Positions 30,688 to 35,531 of a stretch of DNA of 35,531 bases are shown here, one piece after another. Under the pieces are notes generated by a model. The model was given only the letters and a program-made list of their open reading frames with translations. It was not told the DNA's origin and made no database searches. The DNA lies in IMG/VR virus record IMGVR_UViG_3300017698_000052, positions 1-35,531 of that record; one strand, written 5' to 3'. How positions within the stretch are numbered: the stretch's first letter is position 1; each line of letters starts with the position of its first letter. The translations under genes and the position numbers were made by a program. The DNA is from a virus.

Positions 30688-32217
30688 ATGGTTGCGAAAG
30701 CGCAGTACAAGACGCGGCACGGGCTGATTGCGGATCTCCGCAAGTCCGGTGCGTTCGATGAATCAACGATCAAGAGTCTCGATGCGATGGACGGCGCTGC
30801 CGCCCGTTCGTGGTTCGAGAAGAACACCGAAGTGAAGGGGTACACCGGGGCCGACATCGAGGCCCTGTGGACCAAGAAGGTGACCATCGACATCAGCGCT
30901 GACGGCGGCGAGGATGTGGTGGTCAACGGCGGCGGGGGTGCTGAACCCGAGGCCGTCGAAGAAATCGACGACACCGAGGAAGACGAGGTTGTCGAGAAGC
31001 GCCGCAAGGACATGGCGGCCAAGCGCAAGACCGACCTGAAGGCCGGTGCACGGATCACGGCGGCGGGTGCGCCCGCGATGGGTGGCCGGTTCAGCGGCAC
31101 CAAGGCCGCGTACGAGCGGGCTGTCCGCGAGAAGTCAGGCTGGAAGGGCGGGAGCCGTGCCCCGATCGCAGACCCGGACCTTGCCGAGGCGTACGGCGCG
31201 TGGGGCCGCATGGCCATCATGGGCCACCGGGACTACGAGCAGAAGGCCAACGACCAGTCGATCGTCTCGAACATCAAGGAGCTGAGCAGCAGCGTCAACT
31301 CCCTGGGTGGCGCGACCATCCCGCAGATGTTCGCGGATGAGATGATCGTGAACCGCACGCGGAACAACGCGATCACGCGGGCCGCTGGCGTCACCACGCT
31401 CGAGAGGGGGCAGCTCACCACGCCCCGCCAGATCAGCGACGTGACCGTCTCGGTCATCGGCGAGAACAACGCCGACGCCGACCAGTCGCCCGACCTGTTC
31501 GATGACGTTGAGATCACCGTTCGGGAGGTCCGTGGGCTCGTCAAGATCCCCAACTCCCTGCTCCAAGACTCCGCACTGGAGATCGTGGGCGTGCTCGGCG
31601 ATTCGTTCGATCGTGCCTACGGCAACTTCGAGGATGACAACTACCTGCTCGCGCGTGGCACTGGCCGCTCCAACTCGTTCGAGGGCATCCTCGACAAGAT
31701 CGGGGCGAACAGCACGAACGACGCGGCTCTGTCATCGGGCTGGGGCAACTTTGCCATCAGCGACTTCACGAACCTTCAGGGCAAGCTGTCTGATCGGGCG
31801 TGGGAGTCGGATCGCGTGGGCTACATCTGCTCGCGTCCGTTCTACAACACGAACATGGAGCGGTTCAGCAATTCCGCAGGTGGCAACACCGGCGACATGC
31901 TGAAGGCCGGGTTCCTCGGTGGCTCGTTCCCGAACGACGCCGACGCCATGTGGAACGGCTTCCCCGTCTGGTTCACTTCTCGCATGCCCCGCACCTACTC
32001 GGCTGACCAGAAGTCGGTCCTGTTCGGTGCGTTCGACCTCGCCACCAAGGCGTGTGTGGTCAAGGGGACGGAGCAGATCCAGACCTCTGAGCACTTCGCA
32101 TTCGCAAACAACCAGCTCACGGTCCGCGTCGTTCGCAGGATCGCGTTCAACGCCCACGACGTGAACAACGTCAGCGATCCCGACCTGGGTTCGATGGTCG
32201 TGGCGATGCAGGACTAA
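30688..32217 (+). CDS. Major capsid protein (HK97 fold) with N-terminal delta/scaffold-like domain
   Basis: GGAGG 7 nt upstream of the ATG at 30688. The first ~190 aa are charged and coiled (EEIDDTEEDEVVEKRRKDMAAKRK). The remainder has a Phage_capsid-like pattern (LGGATIPQ...VREVRGLVKIPNSLLQDS...). Confidence 0.85.
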   Translation: MVAKAQYKTRHGLIADLRKSGAFDESTIKSLDAMDGAAARSWFEKNTEVKGYTGADIEALWTKKVTIDISADGGEDVVVNGGGGAEPEAVEEIDDTEEDEVVEKRRKDMAAKRKTDLKAGARITAAGAPAMGGRFSGTKAAYERAVREKSGWKGGSRAPIADPDLAEAYGAWGRMAIMGHRDYEQKANDQSIVSNIKELSSSVNSLGGATIPQMFADEMIVNRTRNNAITRAAGVTTLERGQLTTPRQISDVTVSVIGENNADADQSPDLFDDVEITVREVRGLVKIPNSLLQDSALEIVGVLGDSFDRAYGNFEDDNYLLARGTGRSNSFEGILDKIGANSTNDAALSSGWGNFAISDFTNLQGKLSDRAWESDRVGYICSRPFYNTNMERFSNSAGGNTGDMLKAGFLGGSFPNDADAMWNGFPVWFTSRMPRTYSADQKSVLFGAFDLATKACVVKGTEQIQTSEHFAFANNQLTVRVVRRIAFNAHDVNNVSDPDLGSMVVAMQD

Positions 32218-32230
32218 AGGAGTACCGACC

Positions 32231-32716
32231 ATGATTACCGCAACTCAAGTCAAGACTGTTCCCATCATCCTCCCCGCCGCCATCGACGACAACGATGATC
32301 CGATCGGTGCGTTTGGAGACGGCAACCCCGTCTCGGTGGACACGCTCGGGTACGCCCGTGCCGACATCTATGTGATGCTCGGTGCTACCGACATCGCTAT
32401 GGCGGCGCTCGGTGTGTACTCCGGTCCAGCCGCCGCGTCCGGTGCCGACGATGGCACCTATTCGGCGATCACCGGGCTCCAGGCGTCGGGATCGTCCGGC
32501 GACGGTCGCCTGCCCCAGGCGGGCGACGACGGGCTGATCTTCCACTTCGGGATCGACCTGAAGAACGACGACATCGGCCAGTTCCTCGCGTTGGACGCGA
32601 CAGCTGGCGACGGCACGGCGGGCACGTTCTCGTGCGCGTGGTGCGTGCTGAGTCAGGGCAACGAGACCCCGACCAGCGACACCCAACGCAACATCGCGTG
32701 GGGGCTCGAGGCCTGA
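32231..32716 (+). CDS. Head-associated protein (decoration candidate)
   Basis: AAGGAG RBS. 161-aa Gly/Asp/Ala-rich protein directly after the capsid gene. Confidence 0.4.
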   Translation: MITATQVKTVPIILPAAIDDNDDPIGAFGDGNPVSVDTLGYARADIYVMLGATDIAMAALGVYSGPAAASGADDGTYSAITGLQASGSSGDGRLPQAGDDGLIFHFGIDLKNDDIGQFLALDATAGDGTAGTFSCAWCVLSQGNETPTSDTQRNIAWGLEA

Positions 32717-32786
32717 TCCTCATCTTGTTTCCGCCTGTCGCCATCGGGAACGGTGGCGTCAGGTTTTCAACCGAAGGGAGCCCGCA

Positions 32787-32942
32787 ATGAGGATCAAACT
32801 GCTGAAACCGTGGAGTGCGTTCGCCAAGGGCCAGTCGATCGAGGTGTCCGAGACCGTCGGCAAGCAACTCATCGACGACAAGTTCGCAACCGAGGTCACC
32901 CGCAAGAACAAGGTCACCCGCCCCGCTGCGGTGAAGGGCTGA
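32787..32942 (+). CDS. Small protein (51 aa), not in the ORF track
   Basis: AAGGGAG 6 nt upstream of the ATG at 32787. Product MRIKLLKPWSAFAKGQSIEVSETVGKQLIDDKFATEVTRKNKVTRPAAVKG. High wobble GC. Confidence 0.45.
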   Translation: MRIKLLKPWSAFAKGQSIEVSETVGKQLIDDKFATEVTRKNKVTRPAAVKG

Positions 32943-32945
32943 CCG

Positions 32946-33209
32946 ATGGCCGCACTCGTCACATACAGAGATGTCACGGTCGGGGAGCTCGTTGAGTGGG
33001 TCGGACGCGGTGCGTTCGAGGGTGCTGTCATCGAGGCTTCACACATATTCGCAATCAGCGCACTGATGCAGATCAACTACCACGCTGGTGGCCAGTACGG
33101 CCACTTCCACGGATACCCGGTCGTGTGCAACGACGACCTTCCTGCTGACGCCCCGGCACGCATCGGCTCTGCCGACAAATGGCATCCGTTTGAACGGAGT
33201 GCTGTGTAA
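32946..33209 (+). CDS. Hypothetical head-tail module protein (87 aa)
   Basis: Shares its first 17 nt / MAALVT with the next gene. Call rests on position. Confidence 0.4.
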   Translation: MAALVTYRDVTVGELVEWVGRGAFEGAVIEASHIFAISALMQINYHAGGQYGHFHGYPVVCNDDLPADAPARIGSADKWHPFERSAV

Positions 33210-33817
33210 TGGCCGCACTCGTCACCGCAGCCGAATACAAGGCCAGCCGGGGCTTCACCGGCTCGGACTATGACACGCGGATGGCGTCGGCGGCTGGCGT
33301 TGCGTCGGCCAAGATCCGGGCCTACTGCAACCGCGATCCCGACGACGGCTTCGAGTCGGCGGCACGCACCGAGGTCTACGACGGCACCGGCACGCAGACG
33401 CTCCACCTGCGGGAGTGGCCGGTCGATTCGATCGCGTCGGTCAAGTTCCGCACCTCGGTGTCTTCGGGCGCTGCGGTCTACGGCGAGACGGTCGACGATT
33501 CGGGGTACTACGTCGGTCGGGACGGCGAGCTGGTCCGTGCCGGGTCGGTGGGATGGGAGAACGAGCCATGCGGACAGTGGCCGGTTGGAGTTGCCAATAT
33601 CCAGGCGGTCTATACCGCTGGGTACGCCACGATTCCCGACGACATCGCGGAGGCGGCGTTCATGCTCATGGACACGTGGTTCGACGACGCAGGCCGAAAC
33701 GTCGTTACCGCGTCCGTGGACAATCGCGGCGTTGACCAGAAGCAGCGGGCCACCACGATGGAGATCACGGCCCGCATCGGCGAGATGCTCGCCCGCTACC
33801 GGAGGCCCTACGCATGA
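33209..33817 (+). CDS. Head-tail connector (gp6-like adaptor)
   Basis: MAALVTAAEYKASRGF...ASAKIRAYCNR...VYDGTGTQTLHLREWPVDSIASV fits the gp6-like pattern; synteny after the capsid. Confidence 0.6.
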   Translation: MAALVTAAEYKASRGFTGSDYDTRMASAAGVASAKIRAYCNRDPDDGFESAARTEVYDGTGTQTLHLREWPVDSIASVKFRTSVSSGAAVYGETVDDSGYYVGRDGELVRAGSVGWENEPCGQWPVGVANIQAVYTAGYATIPDDIAEAAFMLMDTWFDDAGRNVVTASVDNRGVDQKQRATTMEITARIGEMLARYRRPYA

Positions 33818-34176
33818 GGTCACCGCAGCGGAACGCAGGCCCGGTCGGGTTCGCCTCGTCCTGCACGGTCAAGGTGCGGACGGTGGGGAAGGACTCGAGC
33901 GGGGCCGCGACGTACGCGTACACCGACATCGACGACATCCCGTGCACGATTCACTCTGCGTCCGCGTCCGAGGCCATGAAGTTCGGGCCGGGCGTGGCGC
34001 ACATCGGCACCGAGGTGTTCGTCGGCTACTTCCCGTCGCTGCGTGGCGACGGCACCGCATTGTCGATCACGGCGTCAACGAAAGTTGAAGCGGACGGCAC
34101 CACCTACGAGACACTGGGGGCGGCGTCCGATTACTCGGACGGGCTTCAGCGGGCACCGCTGAAGGTGGTCACATGA
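33814..34176 (+). CDS. Head closure / head-tail joining protein (gp7-like)
   Basis: ATGA overlap, 120 aa, position between the gp6-like and gp10-like genes. Confidence 0.5.
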   Translation: MRSPQRNAGPVGFASSCTVKVRTVGKDSSGAATYAYTDIDDIPCTIHSASASEAMKFGPGVAHIGTEVFVGYFPSLRGDGTALSITASTKVEADGTTYETLGAASDYSDGLQRAPLKVVT

Positions 34177-34604
34177 TTAAGGACCACTCGGGCGAGTTCA
34201 TGCGGAACCTCGCCGCCGCGATCGACGCGGGGCTGCGTGCTGCGGTGACGCTTGCCGAGGATTCGGTCGATGCGTCGATGCCCGGTGCGGGCGCGGGGTT
34301 CACCCTGACCAGAGGCGGGAAGAAGAAGTGGATTCCGTCGAATCCGGGGCAGCCGCCCGGCGTCCGTCGCGGCGGAGCGATCGGTCTCAAGAGCACGACA
34401 TCATCGGGCAAGGTCCGCCCCGGCGTGTGGCGGTACGGCGCGAACGCACCGCACGCACGCGCCTTGGAACTCGGCACGTCCCGCATGGCCCCGCGTCCGT
34501 TCCTGCGGCCCGTGCTGGTCCGTGAACGGGTGGCGATGGAACGGGCGTTCACACGCACAGCGGCACGCCGCATGGCGAGGGCGGTGACCAGTGGCGGTTC
34601 CTAA
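34173..34604 (+). CDS. HK97 gp10-like tail-completion protein
   Basis: NAPHARALELGTSRMAPRPFLRPV matches the gp10-family signature (yA..lEfGT....a.PFl.p). Confidence 0.65.
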   Translation: MIKDHSGEFMRNLAAAIDAGLRAAVTLAEDSVDASMPGAGAGFTLTRGGKKKWIPSNPGQPPGVRRGGAIGLKSTTSSGKVRPGVWRYGANAPHARALELGTSRMAPRPFLRPVLVRERVAMERAFTRTAARRMARAVTSGGS

Positions 34605-35010
34605 CCACACCAGCATCGCGGCTGCGATCTACGCACGGCTCACCACCGAGCTGGTCAGCGGGTACGCGATCGGCGTGCACCGTGCGGCTGCAGCGCCCGC
34701 ACAGATGCCGACGAGCTCGCAGATGCCCGCCGTGATCTTCACGACATCGGCGGAGTATGAGGACACGGACGCGACCAGCGACGCCCAGGTATCGGTCACC
34801 GTCTACATCGTCCGCAAGGCGGACGGGTCGGCGGCGTACTCGGACTCTGCGGTGGGTCAGGTCGTCGCGGCGTTGCACCGCTGGACACCGACCGTCTCGG
34901 GGATGGGCACAAGCCCGATAGGCCGCCTGAGTTCGGGCGACGGGCCGTTCGACACAGACCACGTGGCCGACGTTATCGAATTCGGCACATTGCTCTCGGA
35001 GGGCTCCTAA
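34591..35010 (+). CDS. Tail terminator (DUF3168/gpU-like)
   Basis: GTG start, 139 aa. IYARLTT...PAVIFT...VSVTVYIV pattern; immediately precedes the tube gene. Confidence 0.5.
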   Translation: MAVPNHTSIAAAIYARLTTELVSGYAIGVHRAAAAPAQMPTSSQMPAVIFTTSAEYEDTDATSDAQVSVTVYIVRKADGSAAYSDSAVGQVVAALHRWTPTVSGMGTSPIGRLSSGDGPFDTDHVADVIEFGTLLSEGS

Positions 35011-35531
35011 TGGCGACAGTCAACAAGTTCCAGGGCTCGCTCACATCGGCGGGCAGCAACAGCACCGCCGATCTGATCGGCCAGTTGGGCATCTACGCAT
35101 CGTCGATTTCGATCACATCGCCCGAGTCTCCGGGTGTGGTGGATGGTGACACGTTCGATAAGGTCTTGACGGGCCTGTATTCGTGGACGATCACGGCCCC
35201 GTTCCGGTTCCCCGCAACGCCCCAGCACGGCAAGAACCCGAGCGGCACGGATGCCTACATCACGCCCACCGGGTCGTCGCTGTACCTCACCCGCGTCAAG
35301 GGCTTCTCGCTCACCATCTCGACCGGGTACGCGGAGACGACCGACGAGGATTCGGTCGGCGGCGCTGAGTACATGTGGGCGAACCTCATCACGCTCGCGG
35401 GCGAGTACCAGGCGAACGCGGACAGTGCTACAGCACTCAAGCTGCCGGGCTCGGATGCGGGCGTTTCGTTCAAGATCGGCGACGAATCGACGAACAACGA
35501 CATCATCACCTGCCCGATCGTGATTACGGGC
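35010..35531 (+). CDS. Major tail (tube) protein, 5' part of a gene that wraps the contig junction and continues at 100..390
   Basis: ATG at 35010 overlaps the upstream stop (TAATG). The frame is open to the window end (174 codons) and is in phase with ORF 88..390 once the 99-bp repeat is collapsed, giving about 270 aa. It sits directly after the tail terminator and before the tape measure. Confidence 0.6.
   Translation, partial: MATVNKFQGSLTSAGSNSTADLIGQLGIYASSISITSPESPGVVDGDTFDKVLTGLYSWTITAPFRFPATPQHGKNPSGTDAYITPTGSSLYLTRVKGFSLTISTGYAETTDEDSVGGAEYMWANLITLAGEYQANADSATALKLPGSDAGVSFKIGDESTNNDIITCPIVITG
35433..35531. repeat. Second copy of the 99-bp terminal direct repeat
   Basis: Identical to 1..99. 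Confidence 0.95.

Noticed and set aside
32753-32995. 80-aa ORF-track entry in the gap after 32231..32716
   Set aside because: It has no RBS and gives an R/G/Q-rich translation. The overlapping 51-aa frame (32787..32942) has AAGGGAG at ideal spacing and high wobble GC.

Overview
The first 99 nt (1..99) are identical to the last 99 nt (35433..35531). The window is therefore one closed circular, or terminally redundant, high-GC phage genome with about 35,432 bp of unique sequence. The major tail gene wraps across the junction. It reads as a temperate, HK97-like siphovirus-type element. All convincing genes but two lie on the + strand, and most are joined by ATGA/GTGA stop-start overlaps.

Gene order:
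- Tail module: wrap-around tube protein, short 374-aa tape measure, then five tail/fibre genes including a Cys-rich fibre.
- Two accessory genes.
- Divergent Xis-like HTH and tyrosine integrase, with a tRNA 3'-end-like candidate attP core inside the integrase ORF.
- Early module: RecE-like PD-(D/E)XK exonuclease, Sak4-like ATPase, DUF669 SSB-like protein, SF2 helicase, prim-pol/AAA_25 replicase.
- Hjc-like nuclease, C5 cytosine methyltransferase, and a run of small coupled genes that includes two DnaA domain-IV-like HTH proteins.
- Envelope/lysis-like cluster: lipoprotein, membrane protein, secreted 703-aa protein with an SGNH-like C-terminus.
- terS, an HslV/proteasome-beta-like Ntn hydrolase, then terL.
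- Portal-MuF fusion, S78 prohead protease, HK97-type capsid, connector, head closure, gp10-like protein and tail terminator.

No rRNA, complete tRNA, CRISPR array or transposon was seen.

Most noteworthy observations:
- The methyltransferase has its conserved motifs split between two reading frames.
- An orphan HslV-like peptidase is embedded in the packaging operon.
- The integrase ORF reads through its own probable attP core, as in phage Mx8.
- The tail fibre carries three tandem four-Cys modules.
- The tail-chaperone (G/GT) slot is occupied by an antisense small membrane-protein gene.
- Several recurrent non-coding motifs and large hairpins are present.

All functional calls come from motif recognition by eye. 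No database search was run.
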